Part shown: positions 1 to 10,390 of the stretch, piece after piece
Position numbering within the stretch: the stretch's first letter is position 1
Layout of the letters: each line of letters starts with the position of its first letter
Source of the DNA: an uncultured candidate division Zixibacteria bacterium
GTDB lineage: Bacteria; Zixibacteria; MSB-5A5; GN15; FEB-12
Length of the DNA: 64,000 bases
Reading direction: 5' to 3'
NCBI GenBank assembly: GCA_963735035.1
Contig: CAVTJJ010000006.1
Location: 448,001 to 512,000 of the forward strand
The notes under the pieces: generated by a model
Databases searched by the model: none
Seen by the model: only the letters and a program-made list of their open reading frames with translations
Told to the model about the DNA's origin: nothing
Translations under genes and position numbers: made by a program

Positions 1-8
1 CGAAGCCC

Positions 9-893
9 ATGATGAAGAAGGGCATTATCCTGGCGGGAGGCAGCGGCACCCGACTTTATCCGGTCACTCAGGTGGCCTGCAAGCAGCTCCTGCCGATCTA
101 CGACAAGCCCATGATTTTCTATCCGCTCTCGACGCTCATGCTTTTCGGGATCACGGATATCTTGATTATCTCCACACCGCACGACACGCCGCGATTCGAA
201 GAACTTCTCGGTGACGGCTCCCGTCTGGGATTGAGATTGACTTATCAGGTGCAGCCGAAGCCTCAAGGAATTGCGCAGGCCTTCCTGGTGGGCGAGAAAT
301 TCATCGCAGGAGACCCGGTGGCGCTGATCCTGGGCGATAACATCTTTTACGGTGTGTATGACTTCCTAAGAGAAGCCCGTCAATTCAAGGACGGCGCTCT
401 GGTGTTCGGCTATTATGTGAAAGACCCTCAAAGATACGGCGTAGTGGAATTCGACAAAGACGGCAATGCCAAGTCGATCGAAGAAAAACCGGCCAAGCCG
501 AAGTCACCTTATGCGGTGACCGGTCTGTACCTATACGATTCCGATGTCGTCTCGGTAGCTCGTAACCTGAAGCCATCGCCACGCGGCGAGCTTGAGATCA
601 CCGATGTCAATCGGGTCTATCTTGAACGCGGCAAGCTGCAGGTGGCGAAACTTGGGCGGGGAATAGCCTGGCTCGACACCGGCACTCACGACAGTTTGCT
701 GGAAGCCGGGAATTTTATCGCTACGATTGAAAAACGCCAGGGACAGAAGATCGCCTGTCTCGAAGAAATAGCATTTCGGATGGGGATGATCGACCGCAAT
801 CGTTTTGCGGGTCTCATCGACGCGATGGCCGACAACAGCTATCGCGAGTACCTGACCGGAGTCCTGAAAGAAGCCGATGGCCGCACATGGTAA
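9..893 (+). CDS. rmlA: glucose-1-phosphate thymidylyltransferase
   Basis: [35 protein letters not shown] and WLDTGT motifs. Confidence 0.97.
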   Translation: MMKKGIILAGGSGTRLYPVTQVACKQLLPIYDKPMIFYPLSTLMLFGITDILIISTPHDTPRFEELLGDGSRLGLRLTYQVQPKPQGIAQAFLVGEKFIAGDPVALILGDNIFYGVYDFLREARQFKDGALVFGYYVKDPQRYGVVEFDKDGNAKSIEEKPAKPKSPYAVTGLYLYDSDVVSVARNLKPSPRGELEITDVNRVYLERGKLQVAKLGRGIAWLDTGTHDSLLEAGNFIATIEKRQGQKIACLEEIAFRMGMIDRNRFAGLIDAMADNSYREYLTGVLKEADGRTW

Positions 894-1775
894 GATTCTC
901 GTAACGGGGTGTCTGGGTCAGCTCGGCACCGATCTGATGGTAGGCCTTGCTCCGATGCATCAGATGACCGGCATTGATCTGCCTGAGGTCGATATACGAG
1001 ATCTCAAGCAGATCACTAAAGTGGTGAGACGGTCGCGGCCGGATATCGTGATTCACGCCGCTGCTTACACTGATGTGGATGGTTGCGAAGCTAACCACGA
1101 TATGGCGTTCGAGGTAAATCGCGATGGCACCTGGAACGTGGCCCACGCCTGCGCTGAAATAGGCGCCCGGATGCTCTACTATTCCACCGACTACGTTTTT
1201 GATGGCGCCAAGGGCTCGGCCTATGTTGAAACCGACACGACCGAATCCGAAGACAGTCTACGGCCGAAGCAAGCTGGAAGGCGAAGAGGCAGTGCAGCAT
1301 CTGGTGCACGACCATGCCATCTTGAGAATCGCCTGGGTCTACGGTCGGCACGGGAAGAATTTCGTCAGGACCATGATCCGTATGGGAAAGCTGCAGGCCC
1401 AGATGGAGCCCGCCAAGCGTAACTGTCCTGAAGGTCGTTGACGATCAAATCGGCAACCCGACCTGGACCGTCGATATTGTGCGCCAGACCGAGAAGATAC
1501 TCGAACACGATCTTATAGGCGTATACCACTCGACAAGTGAGGGAGAGACCTCCTGGTACAGTTTCGCCCGGGACATATTCGCAAATCTGGATATGAACGT
1601 TGATCTGCAGCCGTGCACGACTGCTGAATACCCGCGTCCTGCTCCTCGTCCGGCCCGCTCGGCTCTTGAGAACAAGCGACTTAAAGAGGCCGGGTGTAAT
1701 GTAATGAGAGAACAGCGCGAGGCGCTGAGGGAATTCTTGAAAATCCACGGCAGGGAGTTATTCGATGAAGTGTGA
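877..1775 (+). pseudogene. rmlD: dTDP-4-dehydrorhamnose reductase, split by two +1 frame breaks (~1240, ~1418); probably intact in vivo
   Basis: GCLGQLG, HAAAYTDVDGCE and YSTDYVFDG in ORF 877; PNPKTVYGRSKLEGE in ORF 1199; VVDDQIGNPT...RPAPRP in the frame of ORF 1479. Confidence 0.9.
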
Positions 1776-2232
1776 CATAAAGGGCGTTGTCGTTCGCGAA
1801 CTGAAGAAATACACCGACCGGCGGGGCTGGCTGATGGAGTTGTTTCGTCATGACGAACTGGACAAAGAATTCTTCCCGGCCATGACCTACCTATCCATGA
1901 CTTCCCCCGGAGTTGCCAGAGGTCCGCACGAACATGTCGACCAGGCCGACTATTTCTGCTTCGTGGGCCCGTCGACGTTTCGGCTTTACCTGTGGGATAA
2001 TCGCGCTGATTCGCCTACCCACGGACTGAAAGCGACTTTCGATCTGGGCGAGAAAACACCCGCTTCGGTGATTGTCCCCAAGGGGGTAGTGCACGCCTAC
2101 AAGAACATCGGTGGAGTCGACGGTATCGTCTTTAATGCCCCCAATCGGCTGTACGCGGGCGAGGGCCGTCGAGACCCGGTTGACGAAATCCGTCACGAGG
2201 AAGATCCCGACTCACGGTTTGGTCTGGACTAG
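1765..2232 (+). CDS. rmlC: dTDP-4-dehydrorhamnose 3,5-epimerase (cupin)
   Basis: DRRGWLMELFR, GVARGPHEH, VPKGVVHAY; follows rmlA-rmlD. Confidence 0.9.
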   Translation: MKCDIKGVVVRELKKYTDRRGWLMELFRHDELDKEFFPAMTYLSMTSPGVARGPHEHVDQADYFCFVGPSTFRLYLWDNRADSPTHGLKATFDLGEKTPASVIVPKGVVHAYKNIGGVDGIVFNAPNRLYAGEGRRDPVDEIRHEEDPDSRFGLD

Positions 2233-2388
2233 TCAAGGTGGGGCTTTCAGCTGCCGGTGCAATACCTTGCGTTGCAGCGCGTTACGTCTCGTCATTGTTG
2301 GTTTCCGGGATGTGGCACAAATCCGAGCCATTTTAGTTGGACATCTCGGCCAACCGCCTTATAGTACAGTCCAATTAGAGGACAAGAA

Positions 2389-3477
2389 ATGTTAAGTGGC
2401 AAGTCAGTATTGATTACAGGCGGGACCGGCTCCTTCGGCAAGAAGATGGTCGAAATCCTGCTGGATAAGTACCCCGACGTTCGGCGGATAATCGTCTATT
2501 CCCGTGACGAATTGAAACAGTTCGAGATGGAGCAGGTCTTCTCGCTCGAGAAGTATCCTCAGATGAGGTATTTCATCGGCGACGTTCGCGACCGGGACCG
2601 ACTTCGTCGTGCCATGCAGGGTGTAGACCTGGTGGTGCACGCGGCCGCCCTCAAACAAGTGCCGGCGGCCGAGTACAATCCTTTTGAGGCGATCAAGACC
2701 AACGTTCTGGGCGCGCAAAACGTCATTGAGACGGCGCTCGATCAGGGGATAAGTAAGGTCGTAGCTCTCAGCACCGACAAAGCCGCGGCGCCCATCAATC
2801 TTTACGGAGCTACCAAGCTTTGCTCGGACAAACTATTCGTATCGGCCAACAACTTCAAGGGCGGCGCCGACATTAAGTTTTCGGTGGTACGATACGGCAA
2901 CGTCATGGGCAGCCGGGGAAGCGTTATCCCGTTCTTTCTCAGACAGCGGGACAAGGGCGTCATTCCGATCACCGACACCCGCATGACCCGATTCAACATC
3001 ACGCTGGAAGAAGGTGTCAGCCTGGTGATGTTTGCTCTTACCCACATGTGGGGGGGCGAAATCTTCGTGCCCCGGATTCCCAGTTATCGGATTCTGGATG
3101 TAGTCGAGGCTGTCGCTCCCGGATGTCGTCGGGAAATAGTCGGCATTCGCCCCGGAGAGAAGCTCCACGAAGAGATGATTACGGAGACCGACGCGCTTAA
3201 CAGTCTCGAATTCAAGAAGCATTTCGTGATTCTTCCGTCGATGCAGTTGTGGGATGTCAATCGTTACTCCGAGTCATTTGAGGGCAAGCGGTGTGACCCG
3301 GGTTTCAGATACTCAAGTGGTGACAACAAAGAGTGGCTGACCGTCGAAGACCTGCGCCGTCTGATACGCGAACACGTTGACAAGAATTTCAGTGTTTCCG
3401 GCGAAGTACCGGCCCGTATTGCATCGAGAAGTCGTTCGGTACGGAAATCGTCCAAGGAAGTAGCCGAGGGCAGTTAG
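2389..3477 (+). CDS. pseB: UDP-N-acetylglucosamine 4,6-dehydratase (inverting)
   Basis: TGGTGSFG, YSRDELKQ, HAAALKQVPAAEYNP, LSTDKA, RYGNVMGSRGSV, GIRPGEKLHE. Confidence 0.95.
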   Translation: MLSGKSVLITGGTGSFGKKMVEILLDKYPDVRRIIVYSRDELKQFEMEQVFSLEKYPQMRYFIGDVRDRDRLRRAMQGVDLVVHAAALKQVPAAEYNPFEAIKTNVLGAQNVIETALDQGISKVVALSTDKAAAPINLYGATKLCSDKLFVSANNFKGGADIKFSVVRYGNVMGSRGSVIPFFLRQRDKGVIPITDTRMTRFNITLEEGVSLVMFALTHMWGGEIFVPRIPSYRILDVVEAVAPGCRREIVGIRPGEKLHEEMITETDALNSLEFKKHFVILPSMQLWDVNRYSESFEGKRCDPGFRYSSGDNKEWLTVEDLRRLIREHVDKNFSVSGEVPARIASRSRSVRKSSKEVAEGS

Positions 3478-3538
3478 GCTTTACTCTCTGCTCCGGCCGG
3501 GTCGCCGACCACAAAACGGATATTGCGGAATTGCACTC

Positions 3539-4774
3539 ATGGGAAAAGCATCAAGTAAACCATTCCTGCCTTATGCCAGGCAACATATCACCCAGGAAGA
3601 TATTGACGCCGTAACCGAAGTACTTCGGTCCGACTGGCTGACCCAGGGACCGACTATCAACCGGTTCGAAGAGGCGCTGGCCCAAGTGGCCGGGGCGAAA
3701 CATGTCGTGGCCTGTGCGACCGGGACTGCTGCATTACACCTCAGTATGCTGGCGCTCGGCCTGGGCCCTGGTGATTGCGTCATTACATCGCCAAACACGT
3801 TTCTGGCCGACGCCAACTGCGCGCGATATGTTGGTGCCGACGTTGCGTTTGCCGATATCGACCCGGAAACCGGGAATATGCGGATCGAAGCACTGGAACA
3901 ACGGCTGAAGGGGATGACCCGCTACCGACAGAAAGTTGTTATTCCCGTTCATTTCGGCGGGCAACCGGTCGACCTACCGGCCGTTCACGAACTGGCTTCT
4001 CGGTACGGAGCAGTAGTGGTTGACGATGCGTGTCACGCCCTGGGAGCGTCTTATCACGCCGGCGGAAAGGAATTTCAGATAGGCGGCGGGGCACATTCGG
4101 CCATGACCGTTTTTTCTTTTCACCCGGTGAAGCACGTGGCCACCGGCGAGGGGGGAGCAGTCTCAACGTCCGATGATCGGCTTGCAGAGCGACTACGCAG
4201 ATATAGAACTCATGGTATGTCCAAGACCGATTTTGTTTGCCCTGAACTGGCGCTGGCTCCCGATGGGCAAGTCAACCCCTGGTATTACGAGATGACGGAA
4301 GTCGGTTTCAATTACCGTCTGACCGATATTCAGGCCGCACTCGGACTCAGCCAGATAGGGAGACTGTCCGAATCGCTCAAGCGACGGAATGAGATCGCCT
4401 CATGGTATCATGAGTTGATACCTAAGAATTTCCCGCCTCGCCGGGTCAGACCGCTGAAGACCAGCGAGCAGGTGAACCACGCTTATCACCTTTTTGTCGT
4501 ACTCATAGACTTCGAATCTTATGGTCTGCCTCGGGCCACGGTGATGAATCGTCTCCGTGAGGCCGGGATTGGCACCCAGGTGCATTATATCCCGGTTTCG
4601 CTCCAGCCATACTATCGACAGACGTCCGGCACTGGCCCCGGGCAGTTTCCCGGAGCCGAGAAGTACTATGCTCAGGCGCTGAGTATCCCTATGTATCCCC
4701 AGCTCACCCGGTCTGATTGCGAGCGAGTTGTCGCCGAATTGAGACAAGCGCTGGGTGAAGGCACTGTGGTCTGA
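3539..4774 (+). CDS. pseC: UDP-4-amino-4,6-dideoxy-N-acetyl-beta-L-altrosamine transaminase (DegT family)
   Basis: LPYARQ...SDWLTQGP, SFHPVKH (PLP Lys), GFNYRLTDIQAALG, QVHYIP; follows pseB. Confidence 0.93.
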   Translation: MGKASSKPFLPYARQHITQEDIDAVTEVLRSDWLTQGPTINRFEEALAQVAGAKHVVACATGTAALHLSMLALGLGPGDCVITSPNTFLADANCARYVGADVAFADIDPETGNMRIEALEQRLKGMTRYRQKVVIPVHFGGQPVDLPAVHELASRYGAVVVDDACHALGASYHAGGKEFQIGGGAHSAMTVFSFHPVKHVATGEGGAVSTSDDRLAERLRRYRTHGMSKTDFVCPELALAPDGQVNPWYYEMTEVGFNYRLTDIQAALGLSQIGRLSESLKRRNEIASWYHELIPKNFPPRRVRPLKTSEQVNHAYHLFVVLIDFESYGLPRATVMNRLREAGIGTQVHYIPVSLQPYYRQTSGTGPGQFPGAEKYYAQALSIPMYPQLTRSDCERVVAELRQALGEGTVV

Positions 4775-4824
4775 GGGCTGTTGGTGATGACAGTCCATGG
4801 GATAAGGTCCCGGTATAGTTTCGC

Positions 4825-5943
4825 ATGAAACTGGCCATTCGCGTCGACTCATCATACCTGATTGGCAGCGGTCATCTGATGCGCTGCTTGACTCTGGCGG
4901 AGCATTTAAGGGATAACGGCTGGGAAGTAGGCTTTGTCTGCCGCGAACTTCAGGGAAATCTGACAGAACTGCTTCGAGAGCGCAGGTTCCGTGTCTCACT
5001 CTTACCTCCACCTCTTGGGACCAAAGAGCCGTCATTTGCTTCCGGTACTCAGTACGAGGGCTGGCTGGGTGTCCCGTTGGAGAGGGACGCTGAGCAGACA
5101 GCACGAGCTATAGAGTCCCTGGGTACAAAGTGTGACTGGCTGCTTGTGGATCACTACGCTTTGGATAGTCGCTGGGAGTCGGTTCTGGCTCTGTCTGTTT
5201 CGTCGATATTCGTAATCGATGATCTGGCCAATCGCCCGCACAGTTGCCGAGTGCTTCTCGACCATAACCTGAGTTCGCAAGGTGAAGCCCGCTATTTTAA
5301 CCTTGTCCCGGCACACTGTCGTTTGCTATGTGGTCCGGCTTACGCGCTTCTTCGTCCCGAATTCGAGCAAGCTGCTTCCTGTTTGAGGGAGCGCGATGGT
5401 TCGGTGCGCCGAATTCTGGTCTTCTTTGGCGGCGTTGATGCCACCGGCGAAACGTTTAAAGTGTGTGAAGCTATCGTGTCCGGTGGCTATAGTCGGATCG
5501 AAGTAGATGTAGTGGTCGGAATGGCGAACACCCGGCGCGATGAGATAAAGAGAGTGTGCGAAAGGCATCCGTTGCTTCGTTTCCACGGTCAAGTGAGCAA
5601 TATGGCAGAACTGATGGCAGCGGCCGATTTGGCGATTGGAGCCGGAGGAACAACGTCGTGGGAGCGGGCCTTTCTAGGGCTTCCGACCATTATTGTTCCA
5701 GTGGCGGAAAATCAAATTCCCGGTTCTGAAGCACTGGCTCAGTCCGGAGCAGCCTGGAATCTGGGGGCCTGTTCTACCGTAACAAAAGACGATATTCGCG
5801 TGGCGATACAGCGAGCCATGGAAAATCCTTCGGTCCTGAGAGAGATGGGACAGACTGCCCGAAGGCTATTCGGAAATCACCCGATTCCGGGTGTAAGACT
5901 GGTGGCGGACGCTATGCGCGAGGTGATCGATGCTGAGTCGTGA
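4825..5943 (+). CDS. pseG: UDP-2,4-diacetamido-2,4,6-trideoxy-beta-L-altropyranose hydrolase
   Basis: IRVDSSYLIGSGHLMRCLTLA, VDHY, IDDLANR, GAGGTTSWER. Confidence 0.92.
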   Translation: MKLAIRVDSSYLIGSGHLMRCLTLAEHLRDNGWEVGFVCRELQGNLTELLRERRFRVSLLPPPLGTKEPSFASGTQYEGWLGVPLERDAEQTARAIESLGTKCDWLLVDHYALDSRWESVLALSVSSIFVIDDLANRPHSCRVLLDHNLSSQGEARYFNLVPAHCRLLCGPAYALLRPEFEQAASCLRERDGSVRRILVFFGGVDATGETFKVCEAIVSGGYSRIEVDVVVGMANTRRDEIKRVCERHPLLRFHGQVSNMAELMAAADLAIGAGGTTSWERAFLGLPTIIVPVAENQIPGSEALAQSGAAWNLGACSTVTKDDIRVAIQRAMENPSVLREMGQTARRLFGNHPIPGVRLVADAMREVIDAES

Positions 5944-6484
5944 AGCCTGCCGTCTACGCCCCATAGCGAAATCAGATCTCGATATGGTTCTGCAATGGCG
6001 GAATCGCGAGGATATCCGACGGGCCATGTATTCTGATCATGTGATTACTCGCGAAGAACATTACACCTGGTTTGACCGTGTTACCGTGGAACGGAAGACG
6101 CAACACTTCATTTTCGAATACGATGCCGTGCCGATGGGCGTCATAAACGTCGTCGATATCCATCCGACAGCGAATCGGTGCACGTGGGGATTCTATGTGG
6201 GGGTGGAGGAATCGGCAAGAGGTACCGGCTCGGCCATGGGTTTCGTGGCGCTCGAATATATGTTTGAAGTTCTTCACTTTCGCAAAGTAATTGGCGAAGT
6301 ACTGGCCGACAACGAAGCTTCCCTCAAGTATCATAAGCGTCTCGGATTTGTGGAGGAGGGTCGTCTGGTGGAACATGTGCTTAAAGGCGATCGCTATGTA
6401 GATGTTATATCTTTCGCAATATTCGACCGCGATTGGCTCCGGATCAAGGATCAACTGGCTGCCCGCTTCTTTGGAGTCGCATGA
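5930..6484 (+). CDS. pseH: GNAT N-acetyltransferase of the pseudaminic acid pathway
   Basis: VLQWRNREDIRRAMYSDHVITREEH..WF, WGFY, EVLADN; between pseG and pseI. Confidence 0.88.
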   Translation: MLSREACRLRPIAKSDLDMVLQWRNREDIRRAMYSDHVITREEHYTWFDRVTVERKTQHFIFEYDAVPMGVINVVDIHPTANRCTWGFYVGVEESARGTGSAMGFVALEYMFEVLHFRKVIGEVLADNEASLKYHKRLGFVEEGRLVEHVLKGDRYVDVISFAIFDRDWLRIKDQLAARFFGVA

Positions 6485-7539
6485 GCGCACACGAAGTACT
6501 GATTGCTGGGAGAAAGATCGGTCCAGGCCATGAACCGTTTATCATTGCCGAAATGTCCGGCAACCACAACCAATCGCTGGAACGCGCCCTGGCTATAGTA
6601 GATGCGGCCGCCGACGCCGGTGTGCATGCTGTCAAGATACAGACTTATACCGCGGATACCATGACGCTCGACTTGAATGAGGGTGAATTTCGTATCGACG
6701 ATCCCCATTCGCTGTGGGCAGGGCGGTCTCTGTACGATTTGTATCGTGAGGCCCACACCCCATGGGATTGGCATAGGGCAATATTCGAGCGCTGCCGGCA
6801 GAGAGGAATTGTCGGTTTCAGCACTCCTTTCGACGAGACCGCGGTCGAGTTTCTCGAGTCTCTGAACACACCTGTCTACAAGATCGCCTCGTTCGAGAAT
6901 ACCGACCTGCCCCTTATTCGCAAGGCCGCTGCCACCGGCAAGCCTTTGATCATCTCAACCGGGATGGCAACTGAAGAAGAACTCACGGAGTGTGTAGACG
7001 CGGCCAGAAGCGCCGGCTGCAAAGATCTGATTCTACTAAAGTGCGTGAGCGCCTACCCGGCGTCGCCTGAATCCATGAATCTTCACACCATTCCGTATCT
7101 GAAGGAGTTGTTTGACGTTGAAGTAGGACTGTCGGACCACACTCTCGGATTAGCCGTGCCGCTGGCGGCGGTGGCGCTGGGAGCGACCGTAATCGAAAAG
7201 CACTTTACCACGGCCAGAGCCGACGGCGGAGTTGATTCGGTCTTCTCGCTGGAACCGACTGAACTGAAGGAGCTGGTGCGGGAATCGAAACGGGCCTGGC
7301 AGGCGCTTGGTCAGGTTTCATTGGGTGTAACCGACGAGGACCGCAAGTCGCAGCAGTTCCGTCGTTCACTGTACATCTCCGAGGCGATGAAGAAAGGCGA
7401 CTTACTTTCCAGGAAGAATCTGCGTATTATCAGACCCGGGTACGGGTTGCCACCCAAATTCTTCGAACAAGTGTTGGGACGGACAGTGCGGTGTGATGTC
7501 GCCAAAGGAACACCGATGAGTTGGGATCTGCTCGAATAA
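6481..7539 (+). CDS. pseI: pseudaminic acid synthase (NeuB family with C-terminal SAF domain)
   Basis: PFIIAEMSGNHNQSL, KIQTYTADT, KIASFE, GLSDHT, IEKHFT, RPGYGL; ATG 6481 overlaps the pseH stop. Confidence 0.95.
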   Translation: MSAHEVLIAGRKIGPGHEPFIIAEMSGNHNQSLERALAIVDAAADAGVHAVKIQTYTADTMTLDLNEGEFRIDDPHSLWAGRSLYDLYREAHTPWDWHRAIFERCRQRGIVGFSTPFDETAVEFLESLNTPVYKIASFENTDLPLIRKAAATGKPLIISTGMATEEELTECVDAARSAGCKDLILLKCVSAYPASPESMNLHTIPYLKELFDVEVGLSDHTLGLAVPLAAVALGATVIEKHFTTARADGGVDSVFSLEPTELKELVRESKRAWQALGQVSLGVTDEDRKSQQFRRSLYISEAMKKGDLLSRKNLRIIRPGYGLPPKFFEQVLGRTVRCDVAKGTPMSWDLLE

Positions 7540-7576
7540 GATCGAAGGACGGCTGTTAGTTGAGAACCAGGAATCC

Positions 7577-8864
7577 ATGGACGGATTGAAGAAAACGGTT
7601 AAACGCATACTCAGGAGTCTGCTCCCCGGGGGTATGCTGCGTCTGACTATACGGTGGCACGCTGCCCGATATGTGAGGCGGCTAGACGTGCCGCTCGATC
7701 CTTCACGGAAGACCGTCCTGATATTGAACCACTTCTATGATCAAGACGTGCGAGCTCTGGGGTTGGCGAACCGGCAGTTCAACCTGGTAGTGATCGACAC
7801 GGTCACATTGTTCCGAGGGGCCAAGATCTTCTTCAATAAGGATATCCAGGGACTACATGCGCCCTATGCCACGGCCGATCCGGCACTTGTTAAGCTGTAT
7901 CGAGAGGAATGTCGCCACATATTCGAGTTGCTCGATCGCAAGTTCAAAGCAGGCTTGATCGTCAGCGCTTCGGATGTCTTCTACTGGGTCAGGGAGTTCA
8001 TTACGGTGGCCCGAGAGAAGGGCGTTAGAACCGTGATTCTCGACAAAGAAGGAACGCTCTCGCCGCATGACTTCTTTACCGAGGCCGAACGGATCAAGAC
8101 CAACGCGCCGTTTATGTCCGACCACATCTTTGTCTGGAGTGAGCGGCAGAGAGAATTCTGGAAGCGAGTCGGTGTTGTGGATGACGCCATCACTGTCGTA
8201 GGGCAGGCTCGCTCCGATCTGTTGCATCGGGAGAAACGTACATGATCTGGATGCGTTGTTTCCGAAGGTGCAGCCCATAGTGACATTGTTCTCCTATATG
8301 GATGATGCCTATGTGCCCGTCGAGTTGATCCATAGTGAGCATCTCACCTGGCGGCAGATGAAGACCGAAACACACGACGAAATAGCCCGGCTGGCGCACG
8401 AGCATCCCGAGTTCAATTTCGTGATCAAGACTCATCCGCAGCAGCTCGATCTGAAGATACTCCAACAGAAGTACTCGGCGCCGAACGTTCGTGTGGTTGG
8501 AGGGGCTGCTCTCGCCAACGAACTCCTGCAGCGCTCGGAGTTGATTGTCGCCTTCCAGACAACGGCGGTCATCGAGGCGATGTTCCTGAACAAACGAATC
8601 ATCTATACTTATTGGGATCCGTTGGTCAGTCGGCTGGAGAGTGACCTCTTGCCGTTTCAACGTGCTTCGGGGGTTGTGGTGGCACAAACGTTCAAAGCCT
8701 TTTGCGACACATGCGAGCAGTTCTTTAGCGGCGACATGACCGTGTTCGAATATGACTCGGAGACTCTCCGGCAGCGCGATGATTTCGTCAACGAGTACCT
8801 GTACCGGCCCGACGGACAGGTATGTGCTAGGTTTCTGGATAGCATAGTGCGATTTGTGAAATGA
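7577..8864 (+). pseudogene. putative GT-B glycosyltransferase (surface-polysaccharide biosynthesis), one +1 frame break at ~8243
   Basis: ORF 7577 (DHIFVWSERQREF, VVGQARSD) continues in the +1 frame into ORF 8256 (VIKTHPQ, FQTTAVIEAMFLNK). Confidence 0.6.
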
Positions 8865-10390
8865 AGAAGCTTTTCAACAATACCGTGTTCTCGGGCATAG
8901 ACCTCTTTGTTCTGGTCGTGCTCAACCTGTTGGCGACTCCGGTGCTGATCAAGTATCTCGGACTGGCCGAGTACGGAGTGTTCGTGTTTCTGTCGGTGTT
9001 CAGCACCTATGGTATGCTGTCGTTCTTCGACTTTGGTATGGAAGGGTCGCTGCTCAATTTTGTGGCCCGTTTTGAGGCGGCGGGGGATAGGGAGCGCATT
9101 CAGGACAGCCTGACGGTGTCACTGCTGTACTACGGTGTGATAGGTCTGCTGCTGGGGGTGGTCCTGGCCCTGTCGGCAGGGGTGATAACGAGCCGCTTTG
9201 CCGATGATACTCTGGCGCTCGACTGGAGAGTGGTTGACCGAGCGACTTACATCATGTCGATTAATGTGGTGGTGCAGTTTCTTACCCTGCCACTCACGGC
9301 CGTGCTTCAGGGCCTTCGAAGATTCGTGATCACCAAGGCAACCAACAGCGTTCTGATGACATTGCAGTATGTTATCCTGATGCTATCCGCGATGGTCTAT
9401 CAGCGCGTGGACATCGCCATGATGGTTGTGCTGGGTGTGACGGTCTGTCGGTTGGCGGTCCTGTCGTTTATTGTCTGGTTCCGCACCGACTATTTCCGTC
9501 CGATGACTTTTCGCCTTCGCTCCGATCTTTTCAAGACCTTCTTCCGCTACAGCTCCATACTTCTGGTGAGTCGGGTAATCGGAATAATCTTCAACCAGAT
9601 GGACAAGTTTCTGATCTGGTTCTATCTGGCCGCAACTTATTTGACCGTTTACGATATTGCGGTGCGACCGGCCAACCTGCTGCGCATGCTGGTCACGACG
9701 CTCAATTCCGCGATCATTCCTGAGGTGGCCCGTCTCCACGAGAAGAACGACATCGCGCCGATTCGAACCATGTACATAAATCTCGTACGATATGCCTACC
9801 TGCTGGTAATGCCGTTGTTGGCGGTATTGTACGGCCACATGGAAAGCATCCTCACCCTATGGGTGTGGGTCGGGTTGGGCAAGTATTATCCGCTCGCCCT
9901 GGTGATGGTTTCGATTCATCTTCTGTCACCGATAACCGCGGTGGCGTCCACCATGGCGGTCGGTCTGCAGTTGGTCAAGAAGGTGCTCTGGATATCAATC
10001 GTTGCGAGCGTGCTGAAGATAATTCTCAGCGCGGTGTTATTGTCGACGATCGGCTTGATTGGACTTCTGACCGCGACATTGCTGGCGGAAGTGTTCATGG
10101 TGGGCCCTTATCTCTTTGCGATGATGCGAATACTCGAAATGAAGGCGAGCGAATTGTTTCGGCCGGCTCTTCTCATTATTGGTGTCGCGGTGCCGTTCGG
10201 GCTGACTCACGGCCTGATCAATTACTACTACGGTCATACCACCGCCATCTGGCTTCCGGCGGCTGCGTGTCTGGCCCTGATTCATTCAGCAGTCAGCTAT
10301 CGCTTTCTATTGAGCGAGCGCGAACGGGAGTATTTTATGGAGAGACTGAAGTCCGGTTGGCTAAGACTGATGCCGAGCACGGAGAACTGA
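8861..10390 (+). CDS. wzx: oligosaccharide flippase
   Basis: 509 aa multi-TM; TPVLIKYLGLAEYG, FDFG, NQMDKFLI; MOP/PST flippase pattern. Confidence 0.88.
   Translation: MKKLFNNTVFSGIDLFVLVVLNLLATPVLIKYLGLAEYGVFVFLSVFSTYGMLSFFDFGMEGSLLNFVARFEAAGDRERIQDSLTVSLLYYGVIGLLLGVVLALSAGVITSRFADDTLALDWRVVDRATYIMSINVVVQFLTLPLTAVLQGLRRFVITKATNSVLMTLQYVILMLSAMVYQRVDIAMMVVLGVTVCRLAVLSFIVWFRTDYFRPMTFRLRSDLFKTFFRYSSILLVSRVIGIIFNQMDKFLIWFYLAATYLTVYDIAVRPANLLRMLVTTLNSAIIPEVARLHEKNDIAPIRTMYINLVRYAYLLVMPLLAVLYGHMESILTLWVWVGLGKYYPLALVMVSIHLLSPITAVASTMAVGLQLVKKVLWISIVASVLKIILSAVLLSTIGLIGLLTATLLAEVFMVGPYLFAMMRILEMKASELFRPALLIIGVAVPFGLTHGLINYYYGHTTAIWLPAAACLALIHSAVSYRFLLSEREREYFMERLKSGWLRLMPSTEN

Noticed and set aside
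8243..8245. TGA stops at 8245 and 1441 as further selenocysteine codons
   Set aside because: Homology continues in a different frame and the positions are not Cys-like; these are frame breaks
9859..10389. First 177 aa of ORF 9859..11799
   Set aside because: Alternate frame of wzx; the real start is ATG 10390 overlapping the wzx stop
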